From assembly GCA_963804165.1 (NCBI GenBank), contig CAWDPO010000013.1, forward strand, positions 46,976-110,975: 64,000 nucleotides of DNA. Direction: 5' to 3'. Positions 27,746-37,069 of the stretch are shown here, piece by piece. Both the position numbers and the translations under genes were made by a program. Within the stretch, counting starts at the first letter, position 1; each line of letters begins with the position of its first letter. The notes beneath the pieces were generated by a model. The model saw only the letters and a list, made by a program, of their open reading frames with translations, was not told the origin of the DNA and did not search any database. This stretch comes from an uncultured delta proteobacterium (lineage in GTDB: Bacteria; Desulfobacterota; Binatia; UBA9968).

Positions 27746-28381
27746 CTAATGCTCGCTTAACAGCGCACGAACATCGGCCAGCACGGCCCTGGGGTCGGGC
27801 GATGGCCCAATGTACGCAAAGCGGATCAACTTTTTTTGATCGACAACCGCAGTGAGCGGCGTGTGGTCGATGAGACCTCGGCCCTTACGCTCTACGCCTA
27901 CGCCAAAGTTTTGCCAAATTTGTTTCAGCGCGATTGGATTACCTGTGAGAAACGACCAGTTATCGAATTCGGCGCCGTAACGTTTGGCGTAGGCGGTTAA
28001 AACTTTGGGCGAATCGATCTCCGGATCCGTCGTCACCGTCACCAGTTGCACATATTTGCGTTCTTCTTTGGTAAGCCCGCTTTGAACCTGACGCAGGGAC
28101 GCGGTGATCAACGGGCATACGTCAGGGCAAGTGGTATAAGCAAAGGCAACGACGACGACCTTACCTGTCATGTTTTTGAATTCGAACGGAGTTGAATTCT
28201 GATCCGTAAGCGCAAAATCGTTGATTTGAACTCGCGTGACCCGCCGTTGCGCGCTCATTTGTCGCAGCTCGGCGGTTGTTCCGAAAGCCACAGCGCTTAC
28301 AACAGCGAGCAGAATGATGATGGAGCATAAACCGCTGCGGCGCATCGGCTTATGGTTTTTTTTCTTCGGCCGGTTCGTCAT
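27746..28381 (-). CDS. SCO1/SenC family protein
   Basis: 'FAYTTCPDVCP', 'TTDPE.D', distal His in 'IDHT'. Confidence 0.9.
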   Translation of the reverse strand: MTNRPKKKNHKPMRRSGLCSIIILLAVVSAVAFGTTAELRQMSAQRRVTRVQINDFALTDQNSTPFEFKNMTGKVVVVAFAYTTCPDVCPLITASLRQVQSGLTKEERKYVQLVTVTTDPEIDSPKVLTAYAKRYGAEFDNWSFLTGNPIALKQIWQNFGVGVERKGRGLIDHTPLTAVVDQKKLIRFAYIGPSPDPRAVLADVRALLSEH

Positions 28382-28784
28382 AGCCGAGGACCGTGTCCCA
28401 GGGAATGTTGCAGTGCGCTACGACCAAAGTGTCAAAGCGCTCCCACCAAGCCAGATCCCGCCCTTCGCGGCTCAGAAAACGAACCATCTGCAGCATGTCA
28501 GTGACTTCAGCGGGACGCAGAGCAGGATCAAATGCCGGCATTACGCCCCGTCCTTCGGCGATGATTCGCCTGATCTGCGAATTGCTTTTTTGCTGTACGG
28601 TGTCACGAAAGTCGGGAGTTCGGACCGGTAAACTTACCGCTAGCGGGCCATCACCTCGGCCGCTACTTCCATGGCAACTGATGCAACGCTCGAGATAGAC
28701 AGTATCCATCCGTTCGTTGCGGCCACAGCCCGCTACTAGAACAATAAGAAAAAAAAGCGATTGTACGAATCTGCGCTGTTTCAC
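28350..28784 (-). CDS. monoheme c-type cytochrome lipoprotein
   Basis: Lipobox LVAGC, CISCH, axial Met in 'GRGVMPAF', extra C-terminal 'AHCNIPW'; GTG start inferred. Confidence 0.85.
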   Translation of the reverse strand: MKQRRFVQSLFFLIVLVAGCGRNERMDTVYLERCISCHGSSGRGDGPLAVSLPVRTPDFRDTVQQKSNSQIRRIIAEGRGVMPAFDPALRPAEVTDMLQMVRFLSREGRDLAWWERFDTLVVAHCNIPWDTVLGYDEPAEEKKP

Positions 28785-28844
28785 CGAATATAAACACGTA
28801 ACACACGTATTGTACGCTTCCAACTCGGTATGAGGTATCGCAAA

Positions 28845-28873
28845 GTTGACACGAAATCACAATTCGTGTTACC
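28845..28873. promoter_or_regulatory. putative NikR operator 1 (between the cytochrome c gene and nikR)
   Basis: Imperfect palindrome TTGACAC-GAAATCACAATTC-GTGTTAC (7-13-7). Confidence 0.7.
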
Positions 28874-28891
28874 TAATTCTGGGTTGAGCTT

Positions 28892-29308
28892 ATGCATCAC
28901 TTGTCTCGCTTCGGCGTCTCGCTGGAAAATGATCTGCTTGAGGCCTTCGACAAAAGCATCGAAGGTCTCGGCTACGAAAATCGCTCGGAAGCGATTCGCG
29001 ATCTGATTCGCGACCACTTGATTCAAAAAAAGGTCGGCAAAGGCGGCGAAGCAGTCGTCGGCGTCATAAGTCTTTTATACGATCATCGAACTCACCATTT
29101 AAGCGATGTCCTGGCCGATATGCAGCATCGGGCCAGCGTCGTGGTCAATGCTAGCTTGCATATTCACCTCGACGCGCACAATTGCTTGGAAGTCATCGTG
29201 GTTCGTGGCGGCGCGGATAAGGTCCATGAAGTCGCTGGCAAGCTCATCGCCACCAAAGGTGTGCAGAACGGTAAGCTCGTGACCACGACACCGGAAATGA
29301 AGCATTAA
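28892..29308 (+). CDS. nikR: nickel-responsive transcriptional regulator NikR
   Basis: RHH 'RFGVSL...FD......GYENRSEAIRDLIR'; metal site 'YDH', 'QH', 'HIHLDAHNCLE'. Confidence 0.95.
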   Translation: MHHLSRFGVSLENDLLEAFDKSIEGLGYENRSEAIRDLIRDHLIQKKVGKGGEAVVGVISLLYDHRTHHLSDVLADMQHRASVVVNASLHIHLDAHNCLEVIVVRGGADKVHEVAGKLIATKGVQNGKLVTTTPEMKH

Positions 29309-29324
29309 ATTTTTTTTGTTCAAT

Positions 29325-29353
29325 GGTAACACGAATTGCAGTTTCATACTATT
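29325..29353. promoter_or_regulatory. putative NikR operator 2 (upstream of the TonB-dependent receptor)
   Basis: GGTAACACGAATTGCAGTTTCATAC; first 14 bp identical to the reverse complement of operator 1. Confidence 0.7.
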
Positions 29354-29371
29354 CCAAGGACCCTGAGAACC

Positions 29372-31447
29372 ATGCAACTAAGACCTGCAAGCACCCTCAT
29401 TTTGGCTCTATGCTGTTTGCTGCAGAGCAGCAACGCTTTGGCACAGCAGAATCAAGCGAGCGACGCGGAACCGGTCGAGGTTTACGTCTGGGGTCAACAA
29501 CCGACGTCTGCCGCCACCGAGCAAACCCGCTGGCAAAAAGACTTGGAGCTTCGCCCGTCGAATACCCCGAGCGACGTCATGCGGTTAACTCCCGGCCTGA
29601 TCATCGGCCAGCATCATGGCGGCGGCAAGGCCGATCAGATTCTTTTTCGCGGATTCGACTCGGATCACGGAACCGACTTCGCCGTCTTTATCGACGGCAT
29701 TCCGGTCAACATGGTGAGCCATGCCCACGGTCAAGGTTATGCGGATGTGCACTGGCTCATCCCCGAAACCATTGAGAGGGTTGAAATCTACAAGGGTCCT
29801 TACTTTGTGAATCTCGGCGACTTCGCCACCTCGGGCGCGATGAACATTATCACCAAGAAAAAAGACAAAGACAGCACACTTACTCTAAGCGGCGGAAGCT
29901 ACAATACGCAGCGCTACGTCGGGATATTCGCGCCGCCCGAAGGGACTATTCTCAGTCCGTATATTGCGGGCGAAATCTATATTAACGACGGCCCTTTCAA
30001 GAATCCCAATGATTACATTCGCTATAACATACTCACCAAGTTCGGCCTGTTATCGACGGCAAATTTCAATCTGAGTTTTCTCGGAACGTTCTTCAAGACC
30101 GGCTGGAACGCTTCAGGCGAGATTCCGGCACGAGCGGTTCGAGGCGGTGAGATCGGCCGGTTCGGCTCGTTCGACCCGAGTGAAGGCGGAAAATCGGAAC
30201 GGCAAAATTTGAGCCTGATTTACAACTATGCGGACGCCAATCAAGCGTTCAACGCGCAGACCTGGCTCTCCTGGTACAGACTCCAACTGTGGTCAAATTT
30301 CAGCTTGTTTTTGAACGACCCTGTCAACGGCGATGGCATCGAACAGAATGACAAGCGCTTTCTGATCGGCAACAACGTCAACTACCGGCGCAACTACAAT
30401 CTTATCGGCTTGCCGATGGAAACCTTCGTCGGCTTCCAGACCCGCTTTGACCACGTCCGCGTCGGTCTGTTCAGCCAGACCGACCGCCGCCGAACGACAA
30501 AATTGGGGAATATATCTCCCACCCTCAGCAACAACGACATCCAACAAACCAATCTCGCGTTGTTCGCCCAACAAGAAATCAAGCCGACCGATTGGTTACG
30601 AACCCAAATCGGCGCTCGCATGGATAGTTTTATCTTCGACGTCAAGCAGAAAGGCGATCCAACAACGATCGTTAGTCCGATCTCCGGCGACGGCACGGCC
30701 ACCATCGTAAACCCCAAGCTCAATTTCATCTTCACGCCGTTTAAGGACAACAACGTTGCCAAAGCCACTGATCTTTTTTGGAACTTCGGCGGCGGCTTTC
30801 ATAGCAACGACGCCCGTGTGTTCGTTCAAGACCAAGACAAGAAAATCCCCCGCTACTGGGGCGGCGAGCTCGGCGCGAAGTCGCGGTTCTTCGACCGTTT
30901 GGATGTCACCCTTTCCTACTGGCGTTCCTATCTGGAAAGCGAGCTCGTGTTCGTCGGCGACGAAGGCACCTTCGAGCCCGGCGGTGCCAGTCGGCGACAC
31001 GGCGTAGAGAGCGAGCTTCGTTATGACATCCTGCCATGGCTATCCTACGATCTTGATCTTTCGTACACATGGGCCAGATTTATTAACGGCGATCGAGTCC
31101 CATTGGCGCCCCGGTTTCTCGCGTTTACCGGGATAACCGCCCGCCACGACTCGGGTATTCAGGCGCGTTTGCAGATGCGCCACATCGGCCGACGTTACGG
31201 CATCGAAGACGGCAGTTTCTTGACGCCGACGTCGACGATTTTCGATCTGTTCCTAAAATACGTTTGGAGGCGCTACGAATTCTTCGTCCAGTTTCAAAAT
31301 CTCGCGAACAAAAAATGGCGCTCCGCTGAACATGTCTTCGAGTCGCGGTTGCAAAACGAGCCATTAGGAGTTGGGACCCTCGATGCGCACTTCACGCCGG
31401 GCGATCCGTTTACGGTCAAAGCAGGAGTCACAGTGCACCTATGGTAG
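29372..31447 (+). CDS. TonB-dependent outer membrane receptor, likely for a Ni/Co/Zn-type metal
   Basis: Signal peptide; His-rich plug 'QHHGGGKADQ..RGFDSDHGTD', 'SHAHGQGYAD'; 'IERVEIYKGP'; C-terminal aromatic residue. Confidence 0.9.
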   Translation: MQLRPASTLILALCCLLQSSNALAQQNQASDAEPVEVYVWGQQPTSAATEQTRWQKDLELRPSNTPSDVMRLTPGLIIGQHHGGGKADQILFRGFDSDHGTDFAVFIDGIPVNMVSHAHGQGYADVHWLIPETIERVEIYKGPYFVNLGDFATSGAMNIITKKKDKDSTLTLSGGSYNTQRYVGIFAPPEGTILSPYIAGEIYINDGPFKNPNDYIRYNILTKFGLLSTANFNLSFLGTFFKTGWNASGEIPARAVRGGEIGRFGSFDPSEGGKSERQNLSLIYNYADANQAFNAQTWLSWYRLQLWSNFSLFLNDPVNGDGIEQNDKRFLIGNNVNYRRNYNLIGLPMETFVGFQTRFDHVRVGLFSQTDRRRTTKLGNISPTLSNNDIQQTNLALFAQQEIKPTDWLRTQIGARMDSFIFDVKQKGDPTTIVSPISGDGTATIVNPKLNFIFTPFKDNNVAKATDLFWNFGGGFHSNDARVFVQDQDKKIPRYWGGELGAKSRFFDRLDVTLSYWRSYLESELVFVGDEGTFEPGGASRRHGVESELRYDILPWLSYDLDLSYTWARFINGDRVPLAPRFLAFTGITARHDSGIQARLQMRHIGRRYGIEDGSFLTPTSTIFDLFLKYVWRRYEFFVQFQNLANKKWRSAEHVFESRLQNEPLGVGTLDAHFTPGDPFTVKAGVTVHLW

Positions 31448-32664
31448 AGCCAACAATCAGCGAAGCGTCCGCCAAACGCACAGCAATTTTTTCAATCGTC
31501 TGCAGCGCTCATTTTATCAATCACTTTCAATCGGCCATGCTCGGCGTTATCTATCCGCTCATGATGACAGAATTAGGCATGAGCTACATCGCCATCGCTT
31601 CGCTCGCTGCAGTCTACAACACACTCGGCAGCGTTTTTCAGGCCGCATACGGATTCGTCGTTCCATACGTACGGCGCGGCGTGATCCTCGGCGTCGGCAA
31701 CTGCTTGCTTGGACTTTCCGTCGCCGCCACCGGCTTCGCCTCGAATTATAATCATTTTTTCACCGCGCGCTTGATCGGCGGCATCGGCTCCAGCCCGCAA
31801 CATCCGGTTGGATCGAGCATACTCGCAAGTCGTTTCGGCGCCGCGCGCGGACGCACGTTGGCTTTTCATTCCACGGCGGGACAGATCGGCAGTTTATTGG
31901 CGCCGTTGCTGGCGGCGGTGATGGTCACCTACATCGGCTGGCGCGGTGTATTTTGGGTGGTCGGAGCGTTCGCGACGCTCATCGGGATGGTCTGCTTCGT
32001 CTTTCGCGACACGTTGCGCTCGGCGCCGGTAGACCAACAAAAATCCCGCCTCGTCCCAATGGGCTGGAACGCCTATAGGGCCTGTTTCAAAGACAGGAAC
32101 ATTTTACTTGTGTCACTGGTCTTCATGGCCGGCGCCGCCGGACGCGGTCAAGACATCAATGAAGTCTACATCATTCCCCACTTTGTCCGTGATTTTGATG
32201 TCAGCATCACCTACGCCGCCTTTCTTTTCACTTTTATCCAGATCGGAAGTCTCATCGGGCCGTTTGTCTGGGGCTGGATCTCGGATCGTTTCAACCGCAA
32301 GTTGGTAATCCAAGCGTCACTGTTGATGTCCGCGCTGTGCACCCTCTGGCTTGCCTGGCAACCGAACGTTTCCGCCGGGCTTTTCTTTAACTTAGTGATC
32401 TACGGCGCCGCGGTGACGTCGCGCCAGACGCTGACGCAGGCTTTATTAGCGGACCTCGTCGGTGAGGATCTCTTCGACGCGGCATTTAGCCTTTACTATT
32501 TTATCGGCTTCGTTTCGATTCCATTTTGGACGGTGATCACCGGCGGCGTCATGACCCACTACGGTTTTGGCCCCGCGTTCACCGTAATCTCGACTTCCTA
32601 CCTTCTTGCCATGAGCCTTCTGGTGTTGCTGCGCACGCCGGTAAAACAGCCAAGCCCAAGATAA
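31441..32664 (+). CDS. MFS transporter
   Basis: About 12 TM segments, 'GWISDRFNRK', 'HFINH', 'QHP'. Confidence 0.88.
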   Translation: MVEPTISEASAKRTAIFSIVCSAHFINHFQSAMLGVIYPLMMTELGMSYIAIASLAAVYNTLGSVFQAAYGFVVPYVRRGVILGVGNCLLGLSVAATGFASNYNHFFTARLIGGIGSSPQHPVGSSILASRFGAARGRTLAFHSTAGQIGSLLAPLLAAVMVTYIGWRGVFWVVGAFATLIGMVCFVFRDTLRSAPVDQQKSRLVPMGWNAYRACFKDRNILLVSLVFMAGAAGRGQDINEVYIIPHFVRDFDVSITYAAFLFTFIQIGSLIGPFVWGWISDRFNRKLVIQASLLMSALCTLWLAWQPNVSAGLFFNLVIYGAAVTSRQTLTQALLADLVGEDLFDAAFSLYYFIGFVSIPFWTVITGGVMTHYGFGPAFTVISTSYLLAMSLLVLLRTPVKQPSPR

Positions 32665-32668
32665 CAAA

Positions 32669-33454
32669 ATGTCGAAACAATTTTCCCTCGCTCCCTCTCT
32701 CGTGGCGTCGACTCTAATCCATCTCACGGTGCTCGTGGTGGCGTCGACGGTGGTCGGTCAACGGAACCATTTCCCGGAGCCAGATCCAATTTCGATCGCG
32801 CTCTTGGATCCAATTGAGGACAACAAATCGATTCGTCCGTCTATGGAGAAGGCGACAAGGACGGCGCCTCCGAAACCACCGCCCGCAAAACGTATGCGTG
32901 AATCGGTCTTCACCGAGCCAGCTCCGCACCCGGCGGTTAAGAACGAAATTACCAAAACGGATGAAACCAAAACGTCGCCGTCAAAGACCCTGAATTCGAC
33001 TCCGGAGAGTACAACTCTCGAAGGTGGCGGTAGCGCATCCGGAGTGGACGATCGCGCCGGTGGCGATATCGGCATCGCGACCGGCTCCGGGAACGCTGGA
33101 AACGGCACTGGCACAGCAATCGCCGGCATCGGACCCGGCTCCGGCGCGCCCGGGTCGCCAGCTCGAATCCCCCCGGTTCGCACCAACCGCGAGGCTAGAC
33201 CGATTCAAACCGCCCGCGCCTTGTACCCGCCGATGGCTCTGCGCATGGGATTGGAAGGCGATGTGATGCTCAGCATCGAAGTCGACCCCGAAGGCAAAGT
33301 CACCAGGGCGGAAATTATCAAGAGCGGCGGCGCGGGATTCGACGAAGAAGCGCTCAAAGCAGTGAAGCAGTCGCGCTTTGAGCCGGCGCAGCGCAACGGT
33401 CAGCACGTCCCCGCGGAGTTTAGTTACGTTTATCGTTTCAGGTTGCAAAGATGA
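32669..33454 (+). CDS. tonB: TonB family energy transducer
   Basis: TM with 'SxxxH', Pro/Gly-rich linker, 'YPPMALRMGLEGDV', 'FDEEALKAVKQSRFEPA'. Confidence 0.9.
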   Translation: MSKQFSLAPSLVASTLIHLTVLVVASTVVGQRNHFPEPDPISIALLDPIEDNKSIRPSMEKATRTAPPKPPPAKRMRESVFTEPAPHPAVKNEITKTDETKTSPSKTLNSTPESTTLEGGGSASGVDDRAGGDIGIATGSGNAGNGTGTAIAGIGPGSGAPGSPARIPPVRTNREARPIQTARALYPPMALRMGLEGDVMLSIEVDPEGKVTRAEIIKSGGAGFDEEALKAVKQSRFEPAQRNGQHVPAEFSYVYRFRLQR

Positions 33455-33490
33455 GTAACCATAAATCGCAGTGAAGTAAGGAGATTAATC

Positions 33491-34102
33491 ATGGCAAACA
33501 CATCGGATTCTATTTCCGGCCATCGCCACGATCACCACGATTGGGACTCGGATGAATATGTCTCGAACTGGGCGAAAGGTCAGGATCCCAAAGAAAAAGA
33601 TCGCCACGCGGCATTTACCTTGATCGCCGACACCATTCTTTTTAGTAAAAACCTGCCGCTTCGAATTCTGGATCTCGGCGCCGGATACGGCGCCCTGACG
33701 CAATTTCTCCTGAACCGGTTTCCCAAAGCAACCGTTGTTTGTCAGGACGGCTCCAAGGAGATGGCGAAGCTCGGCGCCGAGCGCATGAAAAATCTTGCCG
33801 GGCGATTCGAATACATTCTTTGCGATTTCGCCAAGGACGGCTGGAGCCAAAAACTTGATGGGCCGTTCGAGGCGGTGGTTTCGTCGATCGCGATTCACAA
33901 CGTTCGCGAACCGAAAATCATTCGGCGTATTTACGAAGATGTGTTTCCATTGGTAAAAGCCGGCGGCTGTTTTTTGAATTTCGACCGCCCGCGACCGCCA
34001 TGGGAAGAGCAAATGGAATGGCTGCGCGAAGCCGGATTCAAAGCCGTGAAAATCTTCTGGCAGGGTGGCGACCGCGCCGTATTCGGCGGATTTAAGAGCT
34101 AA
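33491..34102 (+). CDS. class I SAM-dependent methyltransferase with His-rich N-terminus
   Basis: 'ILDLGAGYG', 'VVSSIAIHN', 'GGCFLNFD'; N-terminal GHRHDHHDW. Confidence 0.85.
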   Translation: MANTSDSISGHRHDHHDWDSDEYVSNWAKGQDPKEKDRHAAFTLIADTILFSKNLPLRILDLGAGYGALTQFLLNRFPKATVVCQDGSKEMAKLGAERMKNLAGRFEYILCDFAKDGWSQKLDGPFEAVVSSIAIHNVREPKIIRRIYEDVFPLVKAGGCFLNFDRPRPPWEEQMEWLREAGFKAVKIFWQGGDRAVFGGFKS

Positions 34103-34108
34103 TTATCC

Positions 34109-35119
34109 ATGCGTTCCAAATGGAAATTCTTCCTGGTGTTGGTATGGCTTTGTCTAAGCTTAGGCTGCCAGAATAAGGAGCAGAACCGGGTTCCCGCCAG
34201 CGAGCAAAAATTCAAAATCGTCTCGACGGTCGCGCCGATCACGAGCATCGTGGAAAATGTCGCCGGGGACAAAGCGGATCTTTCTGGAATCATTCCCGAG
34301 GGAATCAACTCGCATACTTTTGAGCCCGCGCCGTCGGACAGCCGATTGCTGAGCGGCGCGCAACTGATCATCCTGAACGGGCTCGATCTGGAAACCCCCA
34401 CACTAAAGCTCGCGCAAGCGAATTCGCCGCAGGGCGCATCGATCTATTCTCTTGGCGACAAAACGGTAACTGAAGCAGAGTACATCTACGATTTCAGTTT
34501 TCCCAAGGAGCAGGGCCATCCCAATCCGCACCTGTGGTTAAATCCGGCATACGCCACGCGTTACGCGACTCTGGTGCGCGACGAGCTGATTCGCCTCGAT
34601 CCGAAAAACAAATCCGCGTACGAACAAAACACCGCACAATTTGTAAAGAGGCTCCAAGCGCTTGATCAAGCAATTAAAAATTCGATCCAAACCATTCCCG
34701 CGAACAACCGGCGCTTGCTCACCTACCACGACTCCTGGCCCTATTTTGCGCGCCGCTACGGCTTTCAAGTGATCGGCGCGGTGCAACCGTCGGACTTTGC
34801 CGATCCCGGCCCCAAGGAAGTGATTCGACTGATCGAGCAGATTCGCAGAGAAAAAGTTCCGGCGGTTTTTGGCTCGGAGGTTTTTCCAAGCCCCGTCCTC
34901 GCCCAGATCGCGCGTGAAGGGAAAAGCAGATATATAGACAAGCTCCGCGATGATGAGTTGCCCGGCAAGCCCGGCGATCCGCGGCATTCGTATACCGGCA
35001 TGATGATAGAAAATATGACGATCATGTTCGAAGCTCTCGGCGGCTCGGCAGAAGCGCTGAAGAAGATCGATCCGACGCCGGTCGCCGGCTCGCACGCCGA
35101 CTATCGGAGAAAAAACTAA
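34109..35119 (+). CDS. metal ABC transporter substrate-binding lipoprotein (ZnuA/TroA cluster A-I)
   Basis: Lipobox LSLGC, 'NSHTFEP', 'NGLDLE', 'NPHLWL', 'YHDSWPYFA'. Confidence 0.92.
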   Translation: MRSKWKFFLVLVWLCLSLGCQNKEQNRVPASEQKFKIVSTVAPITSIVENVAGDKADLSGIIPEGINSHTFEPAPSDSRLLSGAQLIILNGLDLETPTLKLAQANSPQGASIYSLGDKTVTEAEYIYDFSFPKEQGHPNPHLWLNPAYATRYATLVRDELIRLDPKNKSAYEQNTAQFVKRLQALDQAIKNSIQTIPANNRRLLTYHDSWPYFARRYGFQVIGAVQPSDFADPGPKEVIRLIEQIRREKVPAVFGSEVFPSPVLAQIAREGKSRYIDKLRDDELPGKPGDPRHSYTGMMIENMTIMFEALGGSAEALKKIDPTPVAGSHADYRRKN

Positions 35120-35122
35120 CCC

Positions 35123-35986
35123 GTGGCAAATCCGCACGACCATCGCCCCGGCGATCCACACAGCCTCCATCCGCCCGGCCTCGAAGAGCGCCCCGTTGCT
35201 CGCGTCACTGCCGTTCCGCTCGTCGAGCTCGCCGACGTGAGCAACGGTTATGGAGCCACGCCGGCGTTGACCCGCGTGTCGTTAAAAATATGGCCGGGAC
35301 AATTCATGGCCATCGTCGGACCCAATGGCGGTGGCAAGACCACGTTGCTGCGTACCGTGCTCGGCATGGTTCCGGCGACGTCTGGAAAAGTGTTGCTGCG
35401 CGGACAAGAGTTAAAACGTTCGTCGTTGGAACGCATTGGCTACGTGCCGCAATTGGAAACCATCGATTGGAATTTTCCCATCACCGTCGAAGAAGTGATC
35501 GGCATGGGTTTCTTCGTCAAGAGCCGTTGGTTCGGCGGCATTGGCGATAAGGAGAAACGCAAGCTACGAGAAATTATGGAACGCTTGAATCTTGCCGGCT
35601 TGGGTCATCGCCACATTCGGGAACTCTCCGGCGGCCAACAGCAAGCGGCGTTCATCGGACGGGCTCTGTTGGGCGATCCCGAGTTGATCTTGCTCGACGA
35701 GCCCGCCTCGGGACTCGATATCCGCTCGCGCGACGACGTGATTCACTTCTTGCACGAAATTAATCATCAAGGAGTTGCCATCGTCCTGACGGCGCATGAT
35801 TTGAACTGGGTGGCCGCCCATCTGCCCTGGGCTGTGTGCTTGAATCGCCGCCTGATTGCCGAAGGCCCGCCGAACGAAGTGTTCACTGCCAAGGTTTTAC
35901 AAGATGTCTACACCGGCGAGATGGTGGTCCTGCACCAAGATGGCATGGTCATGATCGGCGAACGTCCCCACGCGCCCCATAATTAA
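35123..35986 (+). CDS. metal ABC transporter ATP-binding protein (ZnuC-like)
   Basis: GPNGGGKT, 'GYVPQ', LSGGQ, LLDEP, 'AHDL'. Confidence 0.92.
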   Translation: MANPHDHRPGDPHSLHPPGLEERPVARVTAVPLVELADVSNGYGATPALTRVSLKIWPGQFMAIVGPNGGGKTTLLRTVLGMVPATSGKVLLRGQELKRSSLERIGYVPQLETIDWNFPITVEEVIGMGFFVKSRWFGGIGDKEKRKLREIMERLNLAGLGHRHIRELSGGQQQAAFIGRALLGDPELILLDEPASGLDIRSRDDVIHFLHEINHQGVAIVLTAHDLNWVAAHLPWAVCLNRRLIAEGPPNEVFTAKVLQDVYTGEMVVLHQDGMVMIGERPHAPHN

Positions 35987-36007
35987 ACTAAATTCATGGT
36001 TCCAAAA

Positions 36008-36087
36008 GTTCCAGTCGTTCCAATCGTTCATTGCGTTTCGGTCCGTCCTCACCCTCGGAACATTTGAAACTTTGGAACGACTGGAAC
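36008..36087. repeat. intergenic inverted repeat (REP-like hairpin)
   Basis: Perfect 16 bp arms GTTCCAGTCGTTCCAA (36008-36023) and TTGGAACGACTGGAAC (36072-36087). Confidence 0.8.
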
Positions 36088-36100
36088 GTCTTCTAAATCC

Positions 36101-36937
36101 ATGACTTTTTTAAGTCCCTTTGAATACGAATTTTTTCGCAACGGGTTGATCGCCGCCGTCGTCATCGGCGCGCTCTGTGGTTTTATCGGCGTCTACGTCG
36201 TGCTGCGCCGCATGAGCTACATCGGCCACGGCTTGTCCCATGCCATTTTCGGCGGCGCGGTGCTCAGCTACGTATTGAATATCAATTTTTTTATCGGCGG
36301 CGGTCTGTGGGCGCTTTTCGCGGGCGTCTTGATTCATTGGATCAGCCACCGCCGCTGGGTCGGGGCTGACGCCGCAATCGGCGTCGTGACCACCTCGAGT
36401 TTTGCTTTAGGCGTTGCGATCATCTCTACCCACCGCACTTTCACTCGCAACATCGAATCCGCGCTGTTCGGCAATATCCTCGGCATCACTCAAACTGACG
36501 TCTGGATCGTTGTCTTTATCTCTCTGCTGGTGTCCGGCGCGCTTTTTTTGATCCGTCGGCCGCTGCTATTCTCAACGTTCGATCCCGAAGTCGCATCGGC
36601 TTACGGCGTGGCGACCGGCAAGATCGATCTCCTCTTTATTATGCTCCTAGCCGTTACGGTTCTCGCCTCGACGCAAATCCTCGGCGTGACGTTGGTCGCC
36701 GCGGCCATGGTGATTCCGCCGGTCATCGCGCGTTACTTGACGCAGCGATTCCAAACTCTGCTGATTGTCTCACCGCTGCTCGGCGCGTTTTGCGGCGCTG
36801 CCGGCATGTTTTTGAGTTTTCATTTCGATATCTCCTCCGCCGCCACCATCGTGCTCACCTCTGCCGCACTTTTCATCTTCGTCGAGCTCGCCCTGTTCGC
36901 GCGCGGCAAAGAGCCGGCGCCGATTCACGAGCATTGA
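36101..36937 (+). CDS. metal ABC transporter permease (ZnuB-like)
   Basis: 'GVYVVLRRMSYIGHGLSHA', 'LFGNILG', 'FDPEVA'. Confidence 0.92.
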   Translation: MTFLSPFEYEFFRNGLIAAVVIGALCGFIGVYVVLRRMSYIGHGLSHAIFGGAVLSYVLNINFFIGGGLWALFAGVLIHWISHRRWVGADAAIGVVTTSSFALGVAIISTHRTFTRNIESALFGNILGITQTDVWIVVFISLLVSGALFLIRRPLLFSTFDPEVASAYGVATGKIDLLFIMLLAVTVLASTQILGVTLVAAAMVIPPVIARYLTQRFQTLLIVSPLLGAFCGAAGMFLSFHFDISSAATIVLTSAALFIFVELALFARGKEPAPIHEH

Positions 36938-37069
36938 GAGCGGCTCGTTCCTCATTCCGTTCGGTGCGGCAACGTGGGTATATTCATAAGGCCAACGATC
37001 GCTGGAAATCCTCGATCTTAAGTTCGCGTCGAAATTATGCTGAAATGATCTGCCGAGAAGGGAATTGAG

